Below are positions 20,775 through 28,577 of a stretch of 64,000 nucleotides of DNA, one piece after another; position 1 is the stretch's first letter, and each line of letters starts with the position of its first letter. The notes beneath the pieces were generated by a model. The model had not been told where the DNA came from. It did not search any database and was given only the letters and a program-made list of their open reading frames with translations. The DNA is from Deltaproteobacteria bacterium (GTDB taxonomy: Bacteria; Desulfobacterota; Desulfobulbia; Desulfobulbales; JAJRZW01), in contig JAJRZW010000032.1 in the NCBI GenBank assembly GCA_024275015.1, forward strand, positions 30,755 to 94,754. Reading direction: 5' to 3'. A program made the translations under genes and the position numbers.

Positions 20775-20887
20775 TCCCGGTTCAGTCACATCCAGGTAAG
20801 CGATCAATAACCACACCTGATCCTGAATCTGCGCGTTTTTATCCACCTCTCACTCCAATGGAAAATTTCATCACGCCGTTCCCCGAC

Positions 20888-20976
20888 GCTGTTTCAATAT
20901 GCAACTATTGTTTCAAAAAAAATCCTGTTTGATTTCATGACGTTACCCGATATGTGTCAACATCTGAAACAGTTGC
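20888..20976 (+). promoter_or_regulatory. candidate enhancer (UAS) sites
   Basis: Inverted copies of GCAACT(at)TGTTTCA (20900-20916) and TGAAACAGTTGC (20965-20976), plus extra TGTTTCA/TGTTTGA half sites. They lie 80-170 nt upstream of the sigma-54 promoter. Confidence 0.4.
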
Positions 20977-21054
20977 GACCGAATTCTCTTAAGGAATCTG
21001 GGGACCGGATAATCCAACCATGATTTATATATCAATATCAATATGTTATGAACT

Positions 21055-21070
21055 TGGCACAATATTTGCT
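21055..21070 (+). promoter_or_regulatory. sigma-54 (-24/-12) promoter
   Basis: TGGCAC aatat TTGCT is an exact match to TGGCAC-N5-TTGCW, about 70 nt upstream of the ATG at 21141. Confidence 0.8.
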
Positions 21071-21140
21071 TTTCTGCGTCGAACAAAGAAACTCAGTCCG
21101 TTACAGCAGACGGACATCCTGCAATCTGTAAAGGGAAAAT

Positions 21141-21647
21141 ATGGGACCCAAAATTGCTTTATTGCTGAGCGGTTTCAGCTCCGACCTGTCGGCCGTCGTC
21201 TGCGCGGTGCAACTGGCCGATCGGACGGGGAGACGGTTCTACACTTTGCAGGCGCAGGATCCCGGCGGCGTCCCCACGCCGAGCCGTGGAGAAACTACGG
21301 CGGGAGGCCGACTGCTTGACGGATTTCGCTTCGTGGCCGAGTTCGCCGGAGTCGAAGGAGTTCAGGTTACCTGCCATCTGCTGGGGGCCGGGTCGGTGGA
21401 ACAAGTGGCCGAGTTTCTCCTGGCCAATTCCATCACCTGTCTGGTTGTTGGCGACTGGTCCGAAGGATTCCGGAAGAACCAGGAAGATTGGCTCAATGAA
21501 TTGCGGCGGAGCCTGCGTGAGGCACCGCAACGTTTTTACCCGGACCTGCTGGTGATTAAAGCGCCGATCCTGGCGGAAGCCGATTTGAAGCGAATCGTAA
21601 GCCAGTCCCGCCGTTTGAAAAAACTGGTAGTTAGTAAAAAAAATTAG
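21141..21647 (+). CDS. USP-like / hypothetical protein
   Basis: 168 aa. Alternating beta-alpha pattern (KIALLLSG...CLVVGDWSEG...LLVIKAP) reminiscent of the universal-stress/adenine-nucleotide alpha-hydrolase fold. I did not see a clear ATP motif. Confidence 0.4.
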   Translation: MGPKIALLLSGFSSDLSAVVCAVQLADRTGRRFYTLQAQDPGGVPTPSRGETTAGGRLLDGFRFVAEFAGVEGVQVTCHLLGAGSVEQVAEFLLANSITCLVVGDWSEGFRKNQEDWLNELRRSLREAPQRFYPDLLVIKAPILAEADLKRIVSQSRRLKKLVVSKKN

Positions 21648-21728
21648 AAGGGGAGGGGAAAGTGGTGATTTTTTTCGTATACGAAATTTTTATATAGCTT
21701 CAGATAAACTTAAAACAGGAGTGAAACC

Positions 21729-22658
21729 ATGTACATGTACTTGCCAATCGCCCTGACCAGCGCCAATTATCTGGTGGTCGTGGGCTTGGGACTCTTAGTC
21801 GGCCTGCTGTCCGGCCTCTTCGGGGTAGGCGGCGGTTTTCTCATGACGCCGCTGTTGATGATGATCGGCATCCCACCGACCATTGCCGCGGCCACCGACG
21901 CCAACCAGATCGTCGCCGCTTCGGCTTCCGGGACTTACGCCCATTGGCGCCTGGGAAATGTTGACTACAAAATGGGCATTTACCTGCTGATCGGCGGATT
22001 CGTCGGCGGCGCCTTCGGCGTCCAGATCATCAAGGCACTGCGCGCCACCGGCGGCGCCGATTTTCTGATCAAAATAACCTATGTGGTGATGTTAGGCGCA
22101 GTCGGCGCCTTCATGTTTTTTGAAAGCTTAAACGCCATGCGCAAGAGCAAGAATAAACCTGTCGCCGAGACCGGGGAAGTCGCCCAAGTCGAAAAAAGAA
22201 CAGGGTTTTTCGCCTCCCTGCCCATGCAGACTTATTTTGAAAAATCCGGCGTCACCCATTCGGCCCTGGTCCCCGTGGCCCTTGGTGTCTTTGTCGGCGT
22301 CCTGGCCGCCATCATGGGCGTCGGCGGCGGTTTCCTGATGGTGCCGGTGATGATCTACATGCTGCGCATGCCCATGCACGTGGTCGTCGGCACCAGCCTC
22401 TTTCAGATCATGTTTACCTGTATCGAGGTTACCTTCCTGCAGTCATACTCCAACCACACGGTGGATTTCCTCCTCGCTATTCTGCTTCTGGTCGGCTCCG
22501 TCTTCGGGGCCCAGATCGGCACCATCATAGGCAAGAAGCTACATGGCGATCAACTCAAGATCCTGCTGGCCATCATCGTGTTGGGCGTTACTGTAAAAAT
22601 CGTGCTGGAACTGGTAATGGAGCCCTCCATACTGCTGGCCATGAAGGGAGGACATTGA
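21729..22658 (+). CDS. TauE/SafE (DUF81) family anion exporter
   Basis: 309 aa with an internal duplication, each half containing the GVGGGFLMxP motif (GLFGVGGGFLMTPLL and IMGVGGGFLMVPVM). Confidence 0.8.
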   Translation: MYMYLPIALTSANYLVVVGLGLLVGLLSGLFGVGGGFLMTPLLMMIGIPPTIAAATDANQIVAASASGTYAHWRLGNVDYKMGIYLLIGGFVGGAFGVQIIKALRATGGADFLIKITYVVMLGAVGAFMFFESLNAMRKSKNKPVAETGEVAQVEKRTGFFASLPMQTYFEKSGVTHSALVPVALGVFVGVLAAIMGVGGGFLMVPVMIYMLRMPMHVVVGTSLFQIMFTCIEVTFLQSYSNHTVDFLLAILLLVGSVFGAQIGTIIGKKLHGDQLKILLAIIVLGVTVKIVLELVMEPSILLAMKGGH

Positions 22659-22661
22659 TCA

Positions 22662-23447
22662 ATGCGTAACAAAAATACAGCGCGGCTTACCGCCATATTA
22701 CTGTTGTTATGCCTGTCCCTGACGGCGTCACCTGCCATATCCGCCATCACCTGCCAGGTGAGTCCGAAACAGATCGACATCAATCTCACCTACCATGGCG
22801 CCACCCTCACCGTTACCGGCGAAAGCGCGCCCGGTGACGACCTGGTTATCCGCATCGGCAACAAGGCGGCCCCCGCCCATTACAAATATATTGGCAAGGC
22901 CGGCGGAATATTCTGGATGAAGAAGGGAAATATAACCTTCAAAAACGTACCCGGGGTTTATATTCTCGCCAGCTCCGGAAAACTGGAAAGCATCCTTGAC
23001 CCCGAGGCGATGAAGGCCAACCTGCTCGGCTACGCGGCCATTAAGGCCACGGCCGAAATAGAAGAGGGCAACCCCGGGCTGAGCAAAAACGAGGCTCGCT
23101 GGAAGAATGAGTTCATCCGTTTCAAGGAAAAACAGAACCTCTACACCATCCACCCCGGCACCGTGACCATACAACCGGGGCAGACTAACACCTACCGGGT
23201 GGAGGTACCCTGGCCGTTCCAGGCCCCTCCCGGCACCTACAGCATCGAGGCCATGGCGATCAGGAACGGCAAGGTGGCCGAACGAGCCCGGACCGATTTC
23301 ACCGTCGCCCGGACCGGAATGGTGGCCAAGCTCACTGACCTGGCCTTCAACAAGCCGGCACTCTATGGTATCATGGCCGTGGTCATCGCCATCATCGCCG
23401 GTTTCGCCGTGGGAATGATCTTCAAGAAGGGAGGAGGCGCCCACTAA
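22662..23447 (+). CDS. TIGR02186/Alph_Pro_TM-like protein (signal peptide plus C-terminal TM anchor)
   Basis: Signal peptide, a beta-rich periplasmic part and a C-terminal TM helix (LYGIMAVVIAIIAGFAVGMIF). To my knowledge this family is typically encoded next to DUF81 permeases. Confidence 0.55.
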   Translation: MRNKNTARLTAILLLLCLSLTASPAISAITCQVSPKQIDINLTYHGATLTVTGESAPGDDLVIRIGNKAAPAHYKYIGKAGGIFWMKKGNITFKNVPGVYILASSGKLESILDPEAMKANLLGYAAIKATAEIEEGNPGLSKNEARWKNEFIRFKEKQNLYTIHPGTVTIQPGQTNTYRVEVPWPFQAPPGTYSIEAMAIRNGKVAERARTDFTVARTGMVAKLTDLAFNKPALYGIMAVVIAIIAGFAVGMIFKKGGGAH

Positions 23448-23480
23448 AGACAGGTCGATCTACATTCATAAGACATACAA

Positions 23481-23510
23481 ATACCCGGCAGCCGACAGAC
23501 TGCCGGGTAT
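23481..23510 (+). terminator. perfect 11-bp hairpin (terminator- or processing-like) abutting the next start codon
   Basis: ATACCCGGCAG-ccgacaga-CTGCCGGGTAT, followed only by TTG. There is no real U-tract, so this may be an attenuator or stabiliser rather than a canonical terminator. Confidence 0.4.
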
Positions 23511-26105
23511 TTGTCGAGGTCCGCCGTCAACGTGCATCCTTTATTGTTGAAAATAGCTCGATTCTTCGGCCGGGCGGATCATAATTCAGGCGTTGACCCG
23601 CGTCTGATCCTCGAACGTTTTCGCCTGGTCCTCCGCAGCAATAACCGGGCCATGGAAATTATCGCCGACCTGGGAGAAAAACTCAGCGGTAACTACATTT
23701 TCGACAGCCAGTACATACACGACAATATCAAAGACCTGATCAACACCCTGCACGACTCAGTTGAAGCCCTCAACAATCTCGATGCCCGGCACCGGGAACT
23801 CTATCCGGTCCTAACCCGCCTGACCGAGCATATTCATGCCGTCATGCGGCACAAAGACGATCGACAGGGACCAAGAATCCTGCCTCTGGAAGAAATTTCT
23901 CCCCTGCATTGGGGCATCGTCGGCGGCAAAAACGCCCATCTCGCCGAGATAATTCATCACCTCAAACTCGACATTCCCCCCGGTTTTGCCATCACTACCC
24001 GCACTTACCACGAATTGATCGACCATAACGGCCTGCGTCCCCTGGTGGATCGTTATGAATCCCTGTGGGCCGAAACGGACAACACCGACGAACTTGAAAA
24101 TTTACGTTATCGCCTGGCTTCCGCGTTGACCACCACTGAATCGCCGCCAGGTTTGATGACCGAACTTGAGGAGCATTTGACGGACCTGATCTCCGTAACG
24201 GATGGTCCCTGCGCCCTGGCGGTAAGAAGCAGCGCCCCGGAAGAAGACCTCGATTTCTCTTTTGCCGGCCAGTTTCTCTCCCGGCTGAACGTGCCCCCGG
24301 AGCCGGCAGCGGTGTTTGCCGCCTACCGGGATGTGGCCGCCAGCATCTTCAGTCGCAGGGCCATCGACTACCGGCGCTGGTTGTTCCCCGAAGACGGACA
24401 CATGTCGATCGGGGTCGGCTGTCAACTGATGATCGATTCCCGGGTCAGCGGCGTGGCCTACACCACCGACCCCGGGAACCCCGGAGACGAGACAATGATC
24501 ATTGTCGGGACCTGGGGCCAGGGGGCCGGAATCGTCGAAGGAGAATTCCCCGGCGATACTTTTATGCTCAGTAAAGATAACCCACCGACGATCGACACCT
24601 GTCAGATTTCCCGCAAGGACAGCGCCCTGTACCTTGCCGACGACGACGGGCTCGAGGAACGAAACCTGACCCCGGAATTGCGGCAGACACCGTGCCTGAA
24701 CGAGGCCCAACTGGTGGAACTCGGACAGAGGGTGTTGCAGCTGGAAAATTACTTCAAACGGCCCCAGGATATCGAATGGACCTTTGACCGGAGGGGACGT
24801 CTCTTTATTCTCCAGTCCCGGCCTCTGCTGGTGCCGGTGACCCGGGAACTGCGCCGGGACCTGGCCGAGTCCATCAAACAGTATGAAGTGCTGGTTTCTG
24901 ATCTGGGGCAGGTGGCGCAGCAGGGAATCGGGGCCGGGCCGGTCCATGTGGTGCGGCAGGACACGGACCTGGATGATTTCCCGGATGGCGCCATTCTGGT
25001 GGGTCGCCGTGACTCATCGCACTTCGCCCGGGTCATGCACCGGGCCGCCGCCATTGTCACTGAAATAGGAACCCCGGTCAGCCACATGGCCACCCTCTGC
25101 CGGGAAATGAAGGTACCATCCCTGGTCAATGTCCCGGGTATCCTCGACCTGGTCGAAAACGGCCGGGATATCACCGTCGATGCCGAAGACCGCCGCATTT
25201 TCCGGGGGCGGGTAAAGGAGCTCATGGCCTACCAGCTTTCCACCAGCGTCAATCTGGAAGTCACCCGGGAGTTCCGCTTACTGCGCCAACTGCTCAACAG
25301 CATCACCCGCCTGCACCTGGTCGACCCACTTATGGATCAGTTCACCCCGGACAGATGCCGGACCTACCACGACCTCCTGCGCTATATTCATGAAAGCGCG
25401 GTGATGACTCTGGTCAACATGGGCAAGGACGAACGCAGTCTGTTGCGTAATAATACCGCCCGCCACCTGGATCTACCGATTCCGGCCGGAATTCTGGTCA
25501 TTGATATCGGCGGCGGCGTAGCCCCGAAAACCCCAGCCGACCGGGTCCCCTTCGCCGCCCTGACCTCCATTCCCTTCCGGGCCATCCTTAACGGCATGCT
25601 CTACCCGGGGATCTGGCACCGGGCCACAATGCCGGTGGGTTTTCACGACCTGATGAGCAGCATGCTCTCAGTGCCTACCGACGCCCTGGAAGGCCAGTAC
25701 ACCGGCCATAACATCGCCGTTATCAGCCATAACTATGTCAATCTCTGCTTCCGTTTCGGCTACCATTTCAATATCATCGACGCCCGCTGCGACGAACGCG
25801 AACGCGACAACCACATATATTTCCGCTTCCTCGGAGGGGCCACCGACCTGAGCAAACGCAGACGACGGGTCCGGCTGATCGCCGAGATCCTCACCGCTTT
25901 CGACTTCAACGTCCGCACCAGGGGCGATCTGGTCATCGCCCGGGCCGGCAATATGCCCCGGAGCGAAATGGAACGGATCCTTGATATCCTGGGAAGGCTG
26001 GTCGGTTTCACCCGGCAGCTTGACGTCCGCCTGGACAGTGAGACAGCGGTTGATTACTATATAGAGGCGTTCCTGTCAGGGAATTACGATGTGGTCTCAA
26101 GCTGA
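23511..26105 (+). CDS. PpsA/PPDK-like dikinase paralogue 1 (ATP-grasp + phospho-His swivel + unknown C-terminal domain)
   Basis: GGKNAHLAEI, LAVRSSAPEEDLDFSFAGQF and PQDIEWTFDRRGRLFILQSRPL form a PPDK_N-type ATP-grasp. TEIGTPVSHMATLCREMKVPSLV is the PEP-utilizer mobile His domain. The last ~300 aa show no TIM-barrel motifs I recognise. The TTG start is supported by an equal-length N-terminus in paralogue 2; an alternative GTG lies at 23532. Confidence 0.8.
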   Translation: MSRSAVNVHPLLLKIARFFGRADHNSGVDPRLILERFRLVLRSNNRAMEIIADLGEKLSGNYIFDSQYIHDNIKDLINTLHDSVEALNNLDARHRELYPVLTRLTEHIHAVMRHKDDRQGPRILPLEEISPLHWGIVGGKNAHLAEIIHHLKLDIPPGFAITTRTYHELIDHNGLRPLVDRYESLWAETDNTDELENLRYRLASALTTTESPPGLMTELEEHLTDLISVTDGPCALAVRSSAPEEDLDFSFAGQFLSRLNVPPEPAAVFAAYRDVAASIFSRRAIDYRRWLFPEDGHMSIGVGCQLMIDSRVSGVAYTTDPGNPGDETMIIVGTWGQGAGIVEGEFPGDTFMLSKDNPPTIDTCQISRKDSALYLADDDGLEERNLTPELRQTPCLNEAQLVELGQRVLQLENYFKRPQDIEWTFDRRGRLFILQSRPLLVPVTRELRRDLAESIKQYEVLVSDLGQVAQQGIGAGPVHVVRQDTDLDDFPDGAILVGRRDSSHFARVMHRAAAIVTEIGTPVSHMATLCREMKVPSLVNVPGILDLVENGRDITVDAEDRRIFRGRVKELMAYQLSTSVNLEVTREFRLLRQLLNSITRLHLVDPLMDQFTPDRCRTYHDLLRYIHESAVMTLVNMGKDERSLLRNNTARHLDLPIPAGILVIDIGGGVAPKTPADRVPFAALTSIPFRAILNGMLYPGIWHRATMPVGFHDLMSSMLSVPTDALEGQYTGHNIAVISHNYVNLCFRFGYHFNIIDARCDERERDNHIYFRFLGGATDLSKRRRRVRLIAEILTAFDFNVRTRGDLVIARAGNMPRSEMERILDILGRLVGFTRQLDVRLDSETAVDYYIEAFLSGNYDVVSS

Positions 26106-26165
26106 CAACAGGGTATCTTGAAAAATTATGATTTTCGTCCGAGGCCGACAAGGTAATGATAGATC

Positions 26166-26211
26166 CGCAACAAGTCCCCGCGGAGGCGTCTTCGGCGATT
26201 TTCGGAAAAAG
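26166..26211. repeat. intergenic repeat family R5, copy b (inverted)
   Basis: cgcaacaagtccccgcggaggcgtcttcggcgattttcggaaaaag is the reverse complement of 3029-3076. Confidence 0.7.
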
Positions 26212-26213
26212 CA

Positions 26214-26630
26214 ATGACGGCACTTGATGACACCGTTGCCGGGACATACCGGCTGTTGATAATAGACGACGAAGCCATTGTCGGTATACGGCTCGCCCAT
26301 ACTTTCACCAAGATGGGCTACAAGGTGACAACCCATACCGATCCGGCCCAGGCCCTGGCGGAAGTGGAACGGCAACCATTTGACGTGGTAGTCACTGATC
26401 TTAAAATGGAAGGAATCGACGGGATGGAGATACTGCGGCGGGTCAAAAAAATCAATCCGTCCACCCGGGTAATCATGATCACCGGCTACGCCGGGAATGA
26501 TACCGCCGATACCGCCTTCCGTGAAGGGGCCTTCGATTTCATCACCAAGCCCTTCAGCCTCGACGAGATAAAAAACGCCATCCTGCGATCATTTGCTGCT
26601 CCGGCCCAGGAAAGGGGTGAAAAAAAGTAA
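26214..26630 (+). CDS. single-domain CheY-like response regulator (RR1)
   Basis: LLIIDDE...FDVVVTDLKMEGIDG...VIMITGY...FITKPF contains all canonical receiver residues. Confidence 0.9.
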   Translation: MTALDDTVAGTYRLLIIDDEAIVGIRLAHTFTKMGYKVTTHTDPAQALAEVERQPFDVVVTDLKMEGIDGMEILRRVKKINPSTRVIMITGYAGNDTADTAFREGAFDFITKPFSLDEIKNAILRSFAAPAQERGEKK

Positions 26631-26785
26631 CTGCTCACAGGGTACCGAATCTTTCCTCGATCAACCTGACTTACATATGACTGATACGCTGCGTCAGGCT
26701 GATCAAGAAAATCTCCGGCACCCTGCAAGAAGTTACAGGTCCCGTGGTTATCGACATTTTGGCGATCATGGGATGAGTCGTTACT

Positions 26786-26852
26786 CACAGGATTCCGGAT
26801 CAAGTCCGGAATGACAAAAATAATAATTTGCGACTTTTTACGACGCCATCAC
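26786..26852. repeat. intergenic repeat family R3, copy a
   Basis: cacaggATTCCGGAtcaagTCCGGAATgacaaaaataataatttgcgactttttacgacgccatcac is similar to 38347-38413. The short box ttcttacgacgccatca also occurs at 11993-12011 and 17060-17078. Confidence 0.7.
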
Positions 26853-26985
26853 TTTATAACATCTCGAAATGTAAAGGCGCAGTGACGCTCTGCGGTGCGT
26901 AATTACATACCCCGATAATACTCCTGTATATGGGGGGCTTAAGTACGTGCAGCAGGGCGTTCATGGAGCGCTTACAAAAAAGCCA

Positions 26986-27014
26986 TTGACGAAGAGGAGA
27001 CAGAGGCGTAGAAA
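26986..27014 (+). promoter_or_regulatory. candidate sigma-70 promoter for the DUF202 gene pair
   Basis: TTGACG (26986-26991), a 17 nt spacer, then TAGAAA (27009-27014), about 40 nt upstream of the GTG at 27054. Confidence 0.3.
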
Positions 27015-27053
27015 TAGCACTTTATTTTTTGGCTGGAGAGGCTTGAGAGTAAG

Positions 27054-28577
27054 GTGCGATTGAGAGGTCCGGAAAAAATAGCGGCGTTGGAGGAATTATC
27101 CAGACGCCACGGCTGCGGCTGGGTCGAATACAGGGAAGAGATCAATCAACCCCTGACGGTTCTGAACAAACTCGACCTTGAGCGGTTAAAAACCGACCTC
27201 TGGTTCCCCCACACCGTTGAAGACAACCGGGCCACGATAGTCGCCTGCAACCCCAGCCCGGCTCTGGCCGGAATGATAAAGTCAATCCTGGGCGTGGAAA
27301 GCGTCGAATTTCTGGTCACCCTGCCCCACGACCTTGTCCGGATCATCGAACACAATCAGGACGTCAACCACGGATTCCCCGCATCCTCCGGACGCACCCC
27401 CCTGGCCCTGGTCCGTACCCATCTGGCCGGCCGCCGTTCGCTGTTTGCCTATTACCGTACCCTGCTGGCCAAAAGCCGTACCGGTCTCGCCTTCATCCGC
27501 ACCGGTATTTCCTGCGTCACCATCGCCCTGTTCTTCATCCGCGTTTTCGGCCACCGATGGTTACTGCTTCTGGAAGGTCCGCTGCTGGCAGTGGGCTGTG
27601 TAATGGTATTCGACGGAATCAAGTGGTATCTGCCGGTCCGGCGCTTCAAGGCCCGGATCCCTAATTGCGTTGATACCGGGGGCACCGGGGGCACCACCGT
27701 GCTGACCGTCGCCGACGAGGAGGATTTTCCCGTTTTTTCCCGTACCGGAGAAATCGCCACCGCCGCCGAACTACGCCGGGCCTGGACCGACCTCTCACCG
27801 GTAATGCGCCGCCGTTTTCTCGCAAGCGACCGGACCGATTACGCCGAGGAGCGGACGCTGCTGGCCTGCCTGCGCTCCCGCATGGCAAAAGTCCGCACCG
27901 GCCTGGCATTTTCCCGCACCGGTATTTCCCTGGCCAGCCTGGGATTCGCCATGATCCGCAAGTTCCCCCCCAGCCTCTGGATGATCCTGGACCTGACCCT
28001 GATCGGCATCGGAGCAGTCATGGTCGTCGAGGGATTCCTCTGGTATGCCGGAAGTCGCCATGCCGGGGTCAAAGGCAATGCCTCGGTAAAACAAAACCTC
28101 AAGGCCGCCACCATCTGGGATCACTTCTTTCCCCACCGCCACTCTCCGCCCGCCCCCAATATTATCTCGCGGACCCTGCCAGTACACAGCAGCGACCTGC
28201 CCGGCATCTGGGCCACCACCGGCGTGGCCCTGGAACGCACCGTACTGGCCGAACGCCGCAATGTCATGTCCCGACTGCGTACAGTCATGGCCCGGGCCCG
28301 TACCGGCTTTGCCTTTATCCGCACCGGATTTTCCCTGGCCCTGATCGGCATCGCCTTTATCCTCTATTTCGGTGGGGGGGTGACCGGCTGGAACATCTTT
28401 GACTTACTGATGGTCGGAGGCGGGATGGCTCTGATCATCGACGGACTTTACTGGAGCCTGCCGGCCGAGCGCACCCGCCGCCAGTTCCCCTATTGCTACG
28501 GAGATATGGAGATAACCATTCCCGACTACGGCATCCCGGCCCGATCCTGGCGCACGGCGGTATTCAGCAATGAATAG
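27054..28577 (+). CDS. T2SSE_N (GspE/MshE N-terminal-like) domain fused to three DUF202 membrane repeats
   Basis: The N-terminal ~100 aa (LDLERLKTDLWFPHTVEDNRATIVACNPSPALAGMIKSILGVESVEFLVTLPHDLVRIIE) resemble the T2SSE_N fold. They are followed by three units of an amphipathic R/T-rich helix plus two TM helices: YRTLLAKSRTGLAFIRTGIS..., LRSRMAKVRTGLAFSRTGIS..., LRTVMARARTGFAFIRTGFS... Confidence 0.7.
   Translation: MRLRGPEKIAALEELSRRHGCGWVEYREEINQPLTVLNKLDLERLKTDLWFPHTVEDNRATIVACNPSPALAGMIKSILGVESVEFLVTLPHDLVRIIEHNQDVNHGFPASSGRTPLALVRTHLAGRRSLFAYYRTLLAKSRTGLAFIRTGISCVTIALFFIRVFGHRWLLLLEGPLLAVGCVMVFDGIKWYLPVRRFKARIPNCVDTGGTGGTTVLTVADEEDFPVFSRTGEIATAAELRRAWTDLSPVMRRRFLASDRTDYAEERTLLACLRSRMAKVRTGLAFSRTGISLASLGFAMIRKFPPSLWMILDLTLIGIGAVMVVEGFLWYAGSRHAGVKGNASVKQNLKAATIWDHFFPHRHSPPAPNIISRTLPVHSSDLPGIWATTGVALERTVLAERRNVMSRLRTVMARARTGFAFIRTGFSLALIGIAFILYFGGGVTGWNIFDLLMVGGGMALIIDGLYWSLPAERTRRQFPYCYGDMEITIPDYGIPARSWRTAVFSNE

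Noticed and set aside
19365-20846. 493 aa minus-strand ORF covering the whole NtrC-like gene
   Set aside because: This is a shadow ORF on the antisense strand of a clearly recognisable AAA+/sigma-54 activator. Its composition is Gly/Asp/Val/Ala-rich with no motifs, as is typical of high-GC antisense frames.
22728-25225. Minus-strand ORFs 22728-23444, 24102-24947 and 24749-25225
   Set aside because: They are antisense to the TIGR02186-like gene and dikinase 1, with Gly/Pro/Arg-rich products.
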